Positions 45,876 to 56,112 are shown, counted from the first letter of the stretch. The stretch: DNA of 64,000 nt from Candidatus Omnitrophota bacterium (GCA_043814315.1 JBDRKE010000033.1:10422-74421), one strand, 5' to 3'. Translations and numbers: made by a program. Notes: generated by a model not told the origin, from the letters alone.

Positions 45876-46688
45876 ATGGATTCTCAAATAAAGAAACTTG
45901 AGGAGAAAGCCAAAAAGATACGCCGCCTCATCATCCGGATGCTGGCTGAGGCGGGTTCAGGGCATCCCGGAGGAAGCCTTTCCGCTACGGATTTAATCAC
46001 TGCCCTGTTTTTTTCAGTGTTAAGGCACAATCCCAAAGAGCCCTTTTGGCCTGAGCGTGACAGGTTCCATATGTCTAAAGGGCATTGTTGCCCTCTTTGG
46101 TATGCGGTTTTAGCGGAATCAGGTTATTTTCCGATAGATAAGCTTTGGACCTTGCGCCGGCTAGGCTCGATTCTTCAGGGGCATCCGGACAGGCGCACGC
46201 CCGGCGTAGAGGTGGCTTCGGGGTCTCTGGGCCAGGGCCTATCCGTTGGTTTAGGTATGTGTTTGGCCGCAAAGATAGATAAGAGGGATTACCGCGTCTA
46301 TGTCCTTTTGGGAGACGGAGAGATTCAGGAAGGCAATGTCTGGGAAGCGGCAATGGCCTCAAGTCACTATAAATGCGATAACCTCTGCGCTATCCTTGAC
46401 TACAACGGCTTCCAGATCGACGGAAAAACCAAAGATATTATGGAGATTGAGCCTGTAATAGCCAAATGGCAGGCCTTTGGCTGGCATACATTTGAGATCG
46501 ACGGGCACAATATGAGCCAGGCCTTATCCGCCTATCAAGAGGCAGCGAGTATCAAGGATAAGCCCAGCATTATCATTGCCCACACCATAAAAGGCAAGGG
46601 CGTTTCTTTTATGGAGAACGTAGTTGATTTTCATGGCCGCGCTCCCACAAAAGAAGAGGCCGAGAAGGCGTTAAAGGAACTAGAATAA
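45876..46688 (+). CDS. tkt: transketolase, N-terminal (TPP-binding) subunit
   Basis: GHPGGSLS, GSLGQGL and GDGEIQEG motifs; split-type tkt. Confidence 0.9.
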   Translation: MDSQIKKLEEKAKKIRRLIIRMLAEAGSGHPGGSLSATDLITALFFSVLRHNPKEPFWPERDRFHMSKGHCCPLWYAVLAESGYFPIDKLWTLRRLGSILQGHPDRRTPGVEVASGSLGQGLSVGLGMCLAAKIDKRDYRVYVLLGDGEIQEGNVWEAAMASSHYKCDNLCAILDYNGFQIDGKTKDIMEIEPVIAKWQAFGWHTFEIDGHNMSQALSAYQEAASIKDKPSIIIAHTIKGKGVSFMENVVDFHGRAPTKEEAEKALKELE

Positions 46689-46691
46689 AAT

Positions 46692-46801
46692 TGTGTAATG
46701 TGTAATGTGTAATGATGGTGTTATGCATCAAAGTGTAATGGAGCGCATTCGCCTTCCATTTACACAAAATAACATTAAACCCGCATTACACTTTACACAT
46801 T
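46692..46801. repeat. word-repeat long hairpin (gtgtaatg / cattacac words)
   Basis: tgtgtaatgtgtaatgtgtaatg ... cattacactttacacatt, with a nested gtgtaatgga/tccatttacac hairpin. Confidence 0.7.
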
Positions 46802-46819
46802 CAGCAAATATTAATAATT

Positions 46820-47749
46820 ATGGAATCTTTATATCAGCGTGACGTATACGGTCAAACCTTAGTCGAGTTAGGCAGACAAAACAAGGATATCGTTGTTTTG
46901 GATGCGGACCTGTCCAGTTCCACCCGTACCGGCTTATTCGCGAAGGAGTTTCCCGGGAGATTTTTTAATTTTGGCGTCGCTGAACAGAACATGATGTCCG
47001 CCGCTGCCGGGCTAGCCAGCTGCGGTAAGACCGTGTTTCTTTCAACCTTTGCGGTCTTTGCTACCGGCAGGGCCTGGGACCAGGTGAGGAATTCCGTGGC
47101 TTACAACAGTTTTAACATCAAGATTGTGGCCTCCCATGCCGGCATCACCGTGGGGCCTGACGGCGCCAGCCATCAGGCGCTGGAAGATATAACACTGATG
47201 CGCGTTATCCCCAACATCAATATTATTGTTCCCTGTGATGCCCCTCAAACCCGCGAGGCGGTAGAGGCGGCAGCGCAGACCCCGGGGCCTTTTTATATAC
47301 GCCTTGGAAGGCCTAAGGTCCCTACCATTGAAAATAAAGGGGAATTTAAATTAGGCAAGGCCCAGGTGTTAACCGAAGGAAACGATATAGCGATTATTGC
47401 CTGCGGTGTTTTGGTTTGCGAGGCATTGGCAGCCGCGAAAAATCTTCTCGGCAAAGGCATAAAGGCGCGCGTGATTAATATCCACACGCTTAGGCCTCTG
47501 GATGCAGCAACGATTATTAAAGCGGCCCAAGAGACACGCGGCATCGTTGTATGCGAGGAGCATACTGTCATCGGAGGTTTAGCCTCAAGCGTTCAGGAGG
47601 TTGTTGCGGAGAATGCGCCGGTGAAAGTCATGTGCCTGGGTATTAAAAACAGATTTGGCCAATCGGGTGAGCCAGCCGAGCTTCTCAAAGTTTATAACCT
47701 GACAAGTTCGGATATAGAAAAGGCTGGTTCAGGCCTGTGTCCAAGTTAA
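46820..47749 (+). CDS. tkt: transketolase, C-terminal (pyrimidine-binding) subunit
   Basis: FNFGVAEQNM, HAGITVGPDGASHQ motifs. Confidence 0.9.
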   Translation: MESLYQRDVYGQTLVELGRQNKDIVVLDADLSSSTRTGLFAKEFPGRFFNFGVAEQNMMSAAAGLASCGKTVFLSTFAVFATGRAWDQVRNSVAYNSFNIKIVASHAGITVGPDGASHQALEDITLMRVIPNINIIVPCDAPQTREAVEAAAQTPGPFYIRLGRPKVPTIENKGEFKLGKAQVLTEGNDIAIIACGVLVCEALAAAKNLLGKGIKARVINIHTLRPLDAATIIKAAQETRGIVVCEEHTVIGGLASSVQEVVAENAPVKVMCLGIKNRFGQSGEPAELLKVYNLTSSDIEKAGSGLCPS

Positions 47750-48666
47750 TCCTTAAATCCTACGCCAAGTTAAACCTGTTTCTTGAAGTCCTTCGTAAGC
47801 GCCCCGACAATTACCACGATATAAATACCTTATTTGAAAGAATAGACCTCTTTGATATCATAACCTTAAAGCCCCGCCCGGATAAAAAAATACAAGTTAG
47901 ATGCCCCAACCCTCTCGTGCCAAAAGGCCACACGAATCTTTGTTATCGCAGCGCAAAGCTGCTGCAGGATAAATTTAAGAAGGCTAGCGGCGTGGATATC
48001 GCGATAAAAAAACGCATCCCCGTAGGGGCAGGTTTAGGAGGAGGTTCCGGTAATGCCGCCAGCGTATTCCTGGGCTTAAACAGGCTTTGGAAACTTAATG
48101 CCTCCAGGAATAGGCTTGCGGCCTTGGCCAAAGAGATAGGCTGTGACATCCCTTTTTTTATTCATGAGGTCCCGTTTGCCCTGGGAAGCAGCCGCGGGGA
48201 TAGGATAAGGCCTTTGAAGGCATTAAAAAGGGTGAGGCTGTGGCACATCATCGTTGTTCCCGGAATACATGTTTCTACGCCCTTTATTTACAAGAAATGG
48301 GACACGCATTCTACATTAACCCCGCACTTTCAACAATCTTCGCGGGCTAAAAGGGTAGAAAGTGCGGGGTTGACAAAAACGCAAGTTAATGTTAACATAT
48401 TGCTTTCAGCCCTAAAGAAAAACGGCTTTCCCGCAGCAGGGAAGTTTTTATGGAACAGCTTAGCGCCGCTTACGCTTCAGCTTTATCCTGAGGTAAACCG
48501 CATCAAGGAGAAGCTGGCTGCGTTAGGTTTAAAATCAATCTTGATGTCCGGAAGCGGCCCGGCAGTATTTGGCGTTGTTTCTTCAAGAAAGGAGGCCGTA
48601 TCCCTAGGGTGCGAACTGAGGAAAAGAAATAAATCCTGGAAAGTTTTTGCGGCAAGGACATTTTAA
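47737..48666 (+). CDS. ispE: 4-diphosphocytidyl-2-C-methyl-D-erythritol kinase
   Basis: AKLNLFL, the GHMP motif PVGAGLGGGSGNAA and MSGSGPAVFG. Confidence 0.88.
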   Translation: MSKLILKSYAKLNLFLEVLRKRPDNYHDINTLFERIDLFDIITLKPRPDKKIQVRCPNPLVPKGHTNLCYRSAKLLQDKFKKASGVDIAIKKRIPVGAGLGGGSGNAASVFLGLNRLWKLNASRNRLAALAKEIGCDIPFFIHEVPFALGSSRGDRIRPLKALKRVRLWHIIVVPGIHVSTPFIYKKWDTHSTLTPHFQQSSRAKRVESAGLTKTQVNVNILLSALKKNGFPAAGKFLWNSLAPLTLQLYPEVNRIKEKLAALGLKSILMSGSGPAVFGVVSSRKEAVSLGCELRKRNKSWKVFAARTF

Positions 48667-48714
48667 GGAAAGACAGCAGGCCTGTTCCTTTCGGCAGGCC
48701 GGGGGAGAAGACCG

Positions 48715-49125
48715 ATGGAAATCACGGAAGTCAGGGTCGTTTTAAAAGATTCACCGGATAAGAAATTAAAAGCATATGCCACTGTCACTTTTGATAACGC
48801 ATTTGTGGTCAGAAACGTAAAAGTCATAGAAGGCACAAGCGGCTTATTTATTGCCATGCCTTCCAGAAAGATAAAGCAGCCCTGCCCGAAATGCGGATTT
48901 AAAAACGAGCTGCGCAGCAAATACTGCAATCAGTGCGCAGCGCAATTGCCTTTAGTGTCTCGGCCCACGACCCAGGATACGGCGGCAGGAGCCCAATTGG
49001 AGCATAAGGACATCGCCCATCCCATCACGCAATCTTTTAGAGAATACTTGCAGAAAAGGGTCTTGGAGGCGTACGAGCAGGAGAAGGCAAAGGGCCCCTC
49101 AAGTTCGAGTTCATTTATAGCGTAG
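48715..49125 (+). CDS. spoVG: SpoVG-family protein with inserted zinc ribbon
   Basis: MEITEVRV...LKAYATVTFDNAFVVRNVKVIEG..GLFIAMPSRK, then CPKC...CNQC, then DIAHPI. Confidence 0.82.
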   Translation: MEITEVRVVLKDSPDKKLKAYATVTFDNAFVVRNVKVIEGTSGLFIAMPSRKIKQPCPKCGFKNELRSKYCNQCAAQLPLVSRPTTQDTAAGAQLEHKDIAHPITQSFREYLQKRVLEAYEQEKAKGPSSSSSFIA

Positions 49126-49153
49126 GGATAATCGGCAAGCTCAAGCCTAAATC

Positions 49154-49224
49154 TGCCCGGTAGTGTAATGGTAGCACTTCAGAATTTGGGTCTGACTGTT
49201 GAGGTTCGAGTCCTCACCGGGCAA
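49154..49224 (+). tRNA. tRNA-Gln (anticodon UUG)
   Basis: Manual cloverleaf: acceptor tgcccgg/ccgggca, D stem gtgt/gcac, anticodon stem tcaga/tctga with loop atTTGgg, T arm tgagg-ttcgagt-cctca. No encoded CCA. Confidence 0.85.
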
Positions 49225-49275
49225 TGTTTCACCCCCCACACGTTCCAGTTCTATAATGCAAGTCTATGATACTTT

Positions 49276-50532
49276 ATGATAAAAAATAATCTAGCTGTTA
49301 TAATCTTGGCCGCAGGTAAAAGCACGCGGATGAAATCAGAGACCCCTAAGGTGCTGCATCCTATTTGCGGCAGGCCGATGATCGGGTTCGTACTGGATTT
49401 GGTGCGCGAACTCAAGATAAGGCCCGTTATTGTGGTTTTGGGCCATAAACATAAGGAAGTCGGGAAGCACCTGCCTGACGGAATAAAGATAGCTGTTCAA
49501 AAAAAACTCTTGGGCACGGCTGACGCCGTCAGGACAGCCTTGCCGCACCTTAAGAATTTTAAAGGCAGCGTGCTTGTGCTTTACGCCGATAACCCGCTGC
49601 TTAAGAAAGAGACGATCTCTAAACTCTTAAGGCACCATACGGAAAATAAACTGGACGCTACGCTTTTGACCGCGCATCTGGAGAAGCCCTTCGGTTACGG
49701 CAGGGTCCTACGGGACAAATATGCCAGCGTGTCGGGCATCGTGGAAGAAAAGGATGCCGATGTCGTTCAGAAAGACATCCGGGAGATCAATACAGGCATT
49801 ATGTGTTTTAAACAGAAGAGCCTTGCGGATGCCTTAAAGCACGTAACGCGCAACAATCTCAAGAAAGAATATTATCTTACGGATATCATAGGCCTACTTT
49901 ATAAAAAGGGCCTGTTAGTGGATGCGTTGAAGTTGCAAGATGTTCAGGAGGCGCTGGGGATCAATTCCCGTTCTGAGCTGGCCTGTGCCAACGCGATTAT
50001 GCAAAAGCGCCTTAACGAGGAATTCATGCAAAAAGGCGTTACGATCCTGGACCCGGCTTCTACCTCCATTAGTTATGGCACAAAAATAGGCAGGGATACC
50101 GCGATTTATCCCTTTACAGTTATCGAAAGGAATGTTAAAATTGGAAGCCGTTGCAGAGTTGGCCCCTTTGCCCATTTGCGGCCGGGCACCGAGCTTAAAG
50201 ACGACGTCGGAGTAGGCAATTTTATAGAGATTGTCCGCTCTAAAATCTCTTTCAAATCAAAAGCAAAACATTTTGGATATATCGGAGATGCGGATATAGG
50301 CCGTTTCGTCAATATCGGCGCCGGGACCGTAACCGCTAATTATGACGGGAAGTCAAAGAACAAAACCATCATCAAGGACCATGCCTTTATCGGTTCGGAT
50401 ACCGTGATCGTGGCACCTGTCAAAATAGGAAAAAGAGCGGCCACGGGAGCAGGCAGCGTCGTGGTCAAGCGCAGAAACGTTGCGAATGGGGCCGTCGTGG
50501 CCGGCGTCCCGGCCAGGCCTTTGAAAAAATAA
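49276..50532 (+). CDS. glmU: bifunctional GlcNAc-1-P uridyltransferase/GlcN-1-P acetyltransferase
   Basis: ILAAGKSTRMKS N-terminus plus a C-terminal left-handed beta-helix hexapeptide region. Confidence 0.85.
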   Translation: MIKNNLAVIILAAGKSTRMKSETPKVLHPICGRPMIGFVLDLVRELKIRPVIVVLGHKHKEVGKHLPDGIKIAVQKKLLGTADAVRTALPHLKNFKGSVLVLYADNPLLKKETISKLLRHHTENKLDATLLTAHLEKPFGYGRVLRDKYASVSGIVEEKDADVVQKDIREINTGIMCFKQKSLADALKHVTRNNLKKEYYLTDIIGLLYKKGLLVDALKLQDVQEALGINSRSELACANAIMQKRLNEEFMQKGVTILDPASTSISYGTKIGRDTAIYPFTVIERNVKIGSRCRVGPFAHLRPGTELKDDVGVGNFIEIVRSKISFKSKAKHFGYIGDADIGRFVNIGAGTVTANYDGKSKNKTIIKDHAFIGSDTVIVAPVKIGKRAATGAGSVVVKRRNVANGAVVAGVPARPLKK

Positions 50533-50580
50533 AGGTTGAGTTTATAGTTTACTGTAAACTTACGAGCGAAGCGAGGAGAA

Positions 50581-51519
50581 ATGGACAAATTAGCTGTTTT
50601 AAGCGGCAACGCAAATCCGAAATTAGCCCAAGACATCTGCAAATATCTTAAAACCCGGTTATCCGATTGCATGGTAAACAGGTTTAGCGAAGGGGAGGTG
50701 CGTGTTAAGATTAATGAGAATGTCCGCGGCAAAGACGTGTTCGTCGTCCAACCCACCTGCCCTGCGCCTAACGATAATTTAATGGAACTGTTGATTATGA
50801 TCGACGCTTTAAAAAGGGCGTCGGCCCAGCGCATCACGGCGGTGATTCCCTATTTTGGTTATGCCCGCCAGGATCGCAAGGACCAGCCGCGCGTCCCCAT
50901 TACCGCCAAATTGGTGGCCAATCTTTTGACGGTTGCCGGAGCCAATCGCATTTTAACCATGGACCTGCATGCCGGCCAAATCCAGGGTTTTTTTGATATC
51001 CCGGTAGACCATCTTTTTGCCGTCAACGTATTTATAGATTGCCTTGAGAAATTAAAGAATAAAAATATTGTCGTCGTTTCTCCGGATGTAGGCAGTATCA
51101 AGATGGCCAGGGCTTATGCAAAAAGAATGATGGGCAGCCTCGCCATCATTGACAAGAGGCGGATTTCACCTGAAAAAGCCGAGGTGGTGCATATTCTGGG
51201 TGAAGTGGAGGGCAAAGACTGCTTAATCGTGGATGACTTAATCGCCACGGGAGGTTCCGTTATTGAGGCTGCCGAGACCCTCAAGAAGGCCAAGGCGGAA
51301 AATGTCTGGGCGGCTATTACCCACGGCGTCTTATCAGGGCCGGCGATAGAGCGCATAGATAAATGTAAGGCCTTAACGACATTATTCATCAGCGACACCA
51401 TTCCTTTGATGGGTGTGATGAAGCACCCCAAGATTAAGGTCTTATCGGTGGCAAGCCTCTTAGGTGAAGCCATTAAAAGGATACATAACGAAGAGTCGGT
51501 GAGTTGTTTGTTTGATTAA
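50581..51519 (+). CDS. prs: ribose-phosphate pyrophosphokinase
   Basis: YARQDRK, DLHA and DDLIATGGS motifs. Confidence 0.93.
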   Translation: MDKLAVLSGNANPKLAQDICKYLKTRLSDCMVNRFSEGEVRVKINENVRGKDVFVVQPTCPAPNDNLMELLIMIDALKRASAQRITAVIPYFGYARQDRKDQPRVPITAKLVANLLTVAGANRILTMDLHAGQIQGFFDIPVDHLFAVNVFIDCLEKLKNKNIVVVSPDVGSIKMARAYAKRMMGSLAIIDKRRISPEKAEVVHILGEVEGKDCLIVDDLIATGGSVIEAAETLKKAKAENVWAAITHGVLSGPAIERIDKCKALTTLFISDTIPLMGVMKHPKIKVLSVASLLGEAIKRIHNEESVSCLFD

Positions 51520-51520
51520 T

Positions 51521-51614
51521 GTAGCACAGATTAGCACAGATGAAAAGCGCACAAGATGAACACAGATAAAATCTGTGATTATCTGTTTCATTCAATCTGC
51601 GAGCATCTGTGTTC
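51521..51614. repeat. word-repeat long hairpin (cacagat / atctgtg words)
   Basis: gcacagattagcacagatgaaaagcgcacaagatgaacacagat faces atctgtgattatctgtttcattcaatctgcgagcatctgtg. Confidence 0.7.
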
Positions 51615-51632
51615 TAAGGAGCGATAGAGACG

Positions 51633-52325
51633 ATGGAAGAAATATTTTTGGATGTAGAACTCAGGCAGGATGGTGGAAGGGCAAAGGTTAAAGATTTAAG
51701 AGGCCATGGGTTTGTCCCGGCGGTTGTCTATGCCGAAGGCAAAGAATCCATTCCTGTTAAGGTCTCTCATAGCGCACTAATAAAACTGATTCATCAGCAT
51801 AGAATCGAGGGCGTATTGATCAATGTTAAGGTCAAAGACGATAAAAAGGATAGCGTCCGGTCGTGCGTGATAAAAGAAATTCAGTATGAGCCGGTTCACG
51901 GCGAGATTCTCCATGTTGACTTTAATGAGATTTCCCTGACGAAGGCCATCAAGGTTAACGTGCCTATCGCAGTCAAAGGCGAGTCGATTGGCGTAAAGCA
52001 GGAGGGGGGATCTCTGGAGCATATACTTTGGGAAGTCGAGGTGGAGTGTTTACCCACCCAGATTCCCAAGGATATCCAGGTGGATGTGAGCCTGTTGAAG
52101 CTTGGGGATTCCATCCACGTAAAAGATTTAAATATTCCTTCCGGCATCAAAATCTTAAATGACCCCACCGCCATTGTGCTTTCTGTGGCGGCTCCCATGA
52201 AAGAAGAAGTGGCAGCACCCGTTGAGGGAGAGGAGACGCAGGAACCGGAGGTCATAAAAGAAAAGAAAGAAGCCCCCGCTGCTGAGGGCGAAGAGGCTGA
52301 AGAAAAAGAAAAGAAGGAGAAATAA
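51633..52325 (+). CDS. rplY: 50S ribosomal protein L25/general stress protein Ctc
   Basis: R...GK...LR..G.VPAVVYG-like N-terminus, two-domain Ctc form, acidic/lysine-rich tail. Confidence 0.88.
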   Translation: MEEIFLDVELRQDGGRAKVKDLRGHGFVPAVVYAEGKESIPVKVSHSALIKLIHQHRIEGVLINVKVKDDKKDSVRSCVIKEIQYEPVHGEILHVDFNEISLTKAIKVNVPIAVKGESIGVKQEGGSLEHILWEVEVECLPTQIPKDIQVDVSLLKLGDSIHVKDLNIPSGIKILNDPTAIVLSVAAPMKEEVAAPVEGEETQEPEVIKEKKEAPAAEGEEAEEKEKKEK

Positions 52326-52332
52326 AGCAAGT

Positions 52333-52452
52333 AAAATTCAAATGACAAAGCACAAAATTCAAAATAAGCCCCCATTTCCAAATCCCAAACTTACTTTTTG
52401 GATTTGGGATTTTGGATTTGTTTTGGATTTTGGATTTTGACATTTGGATTTA
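52333..52452. repeat. word-repeat long hairpin (aaattc/aaatccc vs ggattt words)
   Basis: ...ccaaatcccaaac ttac tttttggatttgggattttggatttgttttggattttggattttgacatttggattt. Confidence 0.7.
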
Positions 52453-52465
52453 GTAAAGTCTGTAC

Positions 52466-53044
52466 ATGAAATTAATCGTGGGTTTGGGTAACCCCGGAGA
52501 TATTTACGCTCAGTCAAGACATAACATCGGCTTTTCTGTAGTCAAGGCCTTAGCAAAAAACCATAAAGGGGTTTTTAAAAAAGAGCGCAACATTCAGGGC
52601 TTAGCCGCCAGGGTTCGTATCCGCGCTCAACGGGTTATCCTGGCTATGCCTTTGACCTTTATGAATTTATCGGGACGTTGCGTCGTCCAGCTGATTAGGA
52701 AACACAAGTTAGATTTAGAAGATTTGCTGGTCGTCTGCGATGACCTGGATTTAGAGATGGGAAGGTTAAAATTAAGGGCCCGTGGCTCATCGGGCGGCCA
52801 CAGGGGGCTTGAGTCGATTGCCGCTCATTTAGAAAGTCAGGAGTTTGCGCGGCTGCGTGTCGGTATCGGAAGGCCTTTACCGGGCCTGGATGCCGCAGAA
52901 TTTGTCTTATCCTGTTTCACCAGGGAGGAAGCAAGGCGGGTGAAGCAGGCGGTGGATAAGGCCTGTGCGTGTTGCGTCTCCTGGCCGAGCGCGGGGGTAA
53001 CAAAGACGATGAATATTTTTAATAAGAGGAGTGAAAAAGAATGA
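52466..53044 (+). CDS. pth: peptidyl-tRNA hydrolase
   Basis: LIVGLGNPG, HNIGF and GHRGLES motifs. Confidence 0.92.
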   Translation: MKLIVGLGNPGDIYAQSRHNIGFSVVKALAKNHKGVFKKERNIQGLAARVRIRAQRVILAMPLTFMNLSGRCVVQLIRKHKLDLEDLLVVCDDLDLEMGRLKLRARGSSGGHRGLESIAAHLESQEFARLRVGIGRPLPGLDAAEFVLSCFTREEARRVKQAVDKACACCVSWPSAGVTKTMNIFNKRSEKE

Positions 53045-53328
53045 ATAAATATGAAGCTATGTTAATCTTCAAACCGGATTTATCCGACGAGGAAAAAAAG
53101 ACTCTATTCCAGCAGATTCATGACGCCGTCACAAAGAATAAAGGGGAAGTTTACGACGGTTCCATATGGGCGGAGAAAAGAAAACTGCATTTTCCTCTTA
53201 AAAAGCATCGGGAGGGTTCTTATTATCTAATGAATTTTAATCTCGACCCTCTCTCGATTGGGCTCGTCCATCAGGCGTATAAGTTGAATGAGAATATATT
53301 AAGAGTCCTCATTACGAAGGCAGAATAA
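53041..53328 (+). CDS. rpsF: 30S ribosomal protein S6
   Basis: YE.M.I..P...EE, EKRKLHFPLKK and GSYYLMNF patterns. It lies in an rpsF-ssb-rpsR-rplI cluster. Confidence 0.9.
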   Translation: MNKYEAMLIFKPDLSDEEKKTLFQQIHDAVTKNKGEVYDGSIWAEKRKLHFPLKKHREGSYYLMNFNLDPLSIGLVHQAYKLNENILRVLITKAE

Positions 53329-53331
53329 TGT

Positions 53332-53482
53332 TAAATCCCAAATCACAAATACCAATATACAAACAAATCATAAAACCCTGCCTGCCGGCAGGCAGGCAAA
53401 ACCATAATACACAATGTTTTTTATGATTTGAATATTTGGTATTGTGGTTTGTTTGTGATTTGTGGTTTGTGATTTGGAATTT
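53332..53482. repeat. word-repeat long hairpin with 20-nt perfect palindrome at the apex
   Basis: aaatcccaaatcacaaataccaatatacaaacaaatca ... CCTGCCTGCCGGCAGGCAGG (53377-53396) ... tgatttgaatatttggtattgtggtttgtttgtgatttgtggtttgtgatttgg. Confidence 0.75.
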
Positions 53483-53516
53483 AAAAGTGTTGTTTAGTTA
53501 AGCGAAGGAGCGAAGG

Positions 53517-53960
53517 ATGGCTAATCTGAATAAAGTATTTCTTATAGGGAATCTGACGAAGGATCCCGAATTGCGCTATACGCCGCAGGGGACAGCCGTG
53601 GCGAATCTGCGCCTGGCGGTCAATAGAAGGTTCCGGAATAAAAATCAGGAATTAAAAGAAGAAGTCTGTTTTATAACCGTCGTGGTGTGGAGCCGGCAGG
53701 CTGAAACGTGCAACCAGTATTTACATAAAGGCAGTGCCTGTTTCATCGAAGGCAGGCTTCAGTCCCGCAGCTGGGAAGATAACGCCGGACAGAAACGCAA
53801 CGTTATCGAAGTCCAGGCCGAGCGCGTGCAATTTCTGGGGAAAGGCCCTGGCAAGGAGGGCACAGAGGAATCCAAGGGAGAATCTCTAGAGGGTCCGGAA
53901 GTTCCATCGACGGAAACAGCATGGTTAGGGGAAAGCGAGGAAGATGCCAATGAAAGTTAA
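53517..53960 (+). CDS. ssb: single-stranded DNA-binding protein
   Basis: [23 protein letters not shown]-fold start with an acidic C-terminus. Confidence 0.9.
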   Translation: MANLNKVFLIGNLTKDPELRYTPQGTAVANLRLAVNRRFRNKNQELKEEVCFITVVVWSRQAETCNQYLHKGSACFIEGRLQSRSWEDNAGQKRNVIEVQAERVQFLGKGPGKEGTEESKGESLEGPEVPSTETAWLGESEEDANES

Positions 53961-54222
53961 GACGAGGACATTTACGAAGACCAGAAAAGACAAGAAAAAA
54001 CGCGATTTCGGCTTAGCTTCCAGAAAGAAATTTTGCCGATTCTGTGTGGATAGAGTCAAGGCCATCGATTATAAAGATATGAAGAGGCTGGAGACTTTTA
54101 TTACAGAGAGAGGCAAGATTCTCGCCAGCCGCGTTTCCGGAAATTGCGCCAAGCATCAACGATGGATTGCCGAGGCCATCAAGAAGGCGCGGTTTATGTC
54201 GTTTTTGCCTTATATACGCTAA
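53944..54222 (+). CDS. rpsR: 30S ribosomal protein S18
   Basis: CRFC....IDYKD...L..FI.ERGKI...R.SG.CAKHQR pattern. Confidence 0.9.
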   Translation: MPMKVKTRTFTKTRKDKKKRDFGLASRKKFCRFCVDRVKAIDYKDMKRLETFITERGKILASRVSGNCAKHQRWIAEAIKKARFMSFLPYIR

Positions 54223-54254
54223 AACTGTACACTTGCGAGCGAAGCGAGGGAAAA

Positions 54255-54698
54255 ATGGATGTTATCCTTAAACAAGATGTGGATAAGTTGGGAAAGGCAG
54301 GCTCCATCGTTAAGGTCAAAGACGGTTTTGGGAGGAATTTCCTTATACCGAATGGCCTGGCATTATCTGTGACCTCCAGCAATCTGAAAAAACTGGAACA
54401 GGAAAAACAGAGAAAGATTGCGCAATCGGAGAAAATCAAACAGGAGGCCCTTGAACTTAAAGCAAGACTCGACGGGTTCTCTTTAACTATACCCGCTCTG
54501 GCCCAGGAGGAAGACAGGCTCTACGGAAGCATAGCAAACCAGGATGTGACGCAAGCCCTGGAAGAAGAAGGGTTCACTATTGACAAGAATGCCATTGTTT
54601 TGGAACAAACAATAAAATCTCTGGGCATTTACGAGATTCCTGTCAAGCTTCATCCTGAAGTAACCGCTACGATAAAAGTGTGGATTGTAAAGAAATAA
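54255..54698 (+). CDS. rplI: 50S ribosomal protein L9
   Basis: MDVILKQDVDKLGKAGSIVKVKDGFGRNFLIP. Start set at ATG 54255. Confidence 0.9.
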   Translation: MDVILKQDVDKLGKAGSIVKVKDGFGRNFLIPNGLALSVTSSNLKKLEQEKQRKIAQSEKIKQEALELKARLDGFSLTIPALAQEEDRLYGSIANQDVTQALEEEGFTIDKNAIVLEQTIKSLGIYEIPVKLHPEVTATIKVWIVKK

Positions 54699-54725
54699 GC
54701 GAGGACATAAGTTAAGTGTTCATAA

Positions 54726-56060
54726 ATGGCAGAAATAGCTCTCGATAAGATTCCTCCGCAGAATCTGGACGCCGAGATGGCGGTGCTCGGTTCTATGTTG
54801 CTGGACCAGGATGCTATCAGTGTATCCTGCGAGTCGCTGGATAAAGACTCCTTCTATAAAGACAGCCACAGGAAAATATTTGAGGCCATCCTGGCTTTAT
54901 ACAATGCCAATAAAGCGGTGGACCTGATCACCCTGACCAATGAGCTGAAGAAGGCCAGCCTGTTAGAAGAGATCGGCGGAGTGAGTTTTCTGACGGCCCT
55001 GGCGAATGCCGTTCCCACGGCGGCCAACATCAACCACTACGTCCATATCGTTAAAGAAAAAAGCACCCTACGCACCCTTATCAACAATGCCACTCGTATC
55101 GTCTCTATGTGCTATGAAAGCGAAGGCAATATCGATGAGGTGGTGGATAACGCAGAGAGATTTATATTTGAGGTCAGCGACCGAAGAATCCACGGTACCT
55201 ACCTGCATCTTAAAGAAATCGTCAAGGATAGCATCGAGACAATAGACAGGCTTTATCAGAAAAAAGCGCATGTGACCGGTATTCCCACCGGGTACATCGA
55301 TTTTGATACTAAGACCTCGGGGCTCCAGCCGTCGGATTTAATCGTCATTGCCGGCAGGCCCTCGATGGGAAAAAGCGCTCTGGCCATAGGGATGGCCGAG
55401 TATGCCGGGGTCGTCGAGAAAATACCGCTTGCCATTTTTAGCCTGGAGATGTCTAAAGAGCAACTTGTCCAGAGGATGCTTTGCTCTCATGCCAAAGTGG
55501 ATGCCCATAAAGTGAGAACCGGTTACCTTGCGACTTCGGATTGGCCCCGCCTGACAGCTGCCGCAGGAAAACTTTCCGAGACCTCTATCTTTATCGATGA
55601 CTCACCGGCGATCTCCGTGATGGAACTAAGGGCCAAGGCTCGAAGATTAAAAGCCCACCATGGCATAGAGTTGATTATATTAGATTATATGCAGTTGATG
55701 CGCGGCTCCATGGGTTCGGAGAACAGGCAGCAGGAGATTTCCGAGATTTCGCGTTCCCTCAAGGCTTTGGCGCGGGAATTGAGTGTTCCGGTTGTGGCGA
55801 TAAGCCAATTGTCGCGTGCCGTGGAATCGCGCCAGGACCATCGGCCGCAACTTTCCGATTTGAGAGAATCCGGCGCCATAGAGCAGGACGCGGATGTCGT
55901 CGTTTTAATCCTCAGAGAAGAGTATTATAATCCTAGCCCCGACAATCAGGGCGTAGCCGAGGTGATTATTGCCAAACAGCGCAACGGCCCCGTGGGCTCT
56001 TTAAAGCTGGCTTTCATCAAGGAATACACCAGGTTTGAGAATATCGCGCGTATCGAGTGA
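54726..56060 (+). CDS. dnaB: replicative DNA helicase DnaB (intein-free)
   Basis: PPQNLDAE..VLGS, Walker A GRPSMGKS and SQLSR motifs; 444 aa. Confidence 0.95.
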   Translation: MAEIALDKIPPQNLDAEMAVLGSMLLDQDAISVSCESLDKDSFYKDSHRKIFEAILALYNANKAVDLITLTNELKKASLLEEIGGVSFLTALANAVPTAANINHYVHIVKEKSTLRTLINNATRIVSMCYESEGNIDEVVDNAERFIFEVSDRRIHGTYLHLKEIVKDSIETIDRLYQKKAHVTGIPTGYIDFDTKTSGLQPSDLIVIAGRPSMGKSALAIGMAEYAGVVEKIPLAIFSLEMSKEQLVQRMLCSHAKVDAHKVRTGYLATSDWPRLTAAAGKLSETSIFIDDSPAISVMELRAKARRLKAHHGIELIILDYMQLMRGSMGSENRQQEISEISRSLKALARELSVPVVAISQLSRAVESRQDHRPQLSDLRESGAIEQDADVVVLILREEYYNPSPDNQGVAEVIIAKQRNGPVGSLKLAFIKEYTRFENIARIE

Positions 56061-56112
56061 GTGAGGCAAAAAAATATTGATTTTTAATTGAAGTTCATAT
56101 TATAATAATTGC

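Noticed and set aside
53900-53960. SSB lacking the canonical C-terminal DDDIPF tip, as a notable anomaly.
   Set aside because: The tail is acidic (ESEEDANES) and overlaps the rpsR start. Lineage-specific variation of the tip is common, and I cannot judge its significance without an alignment.
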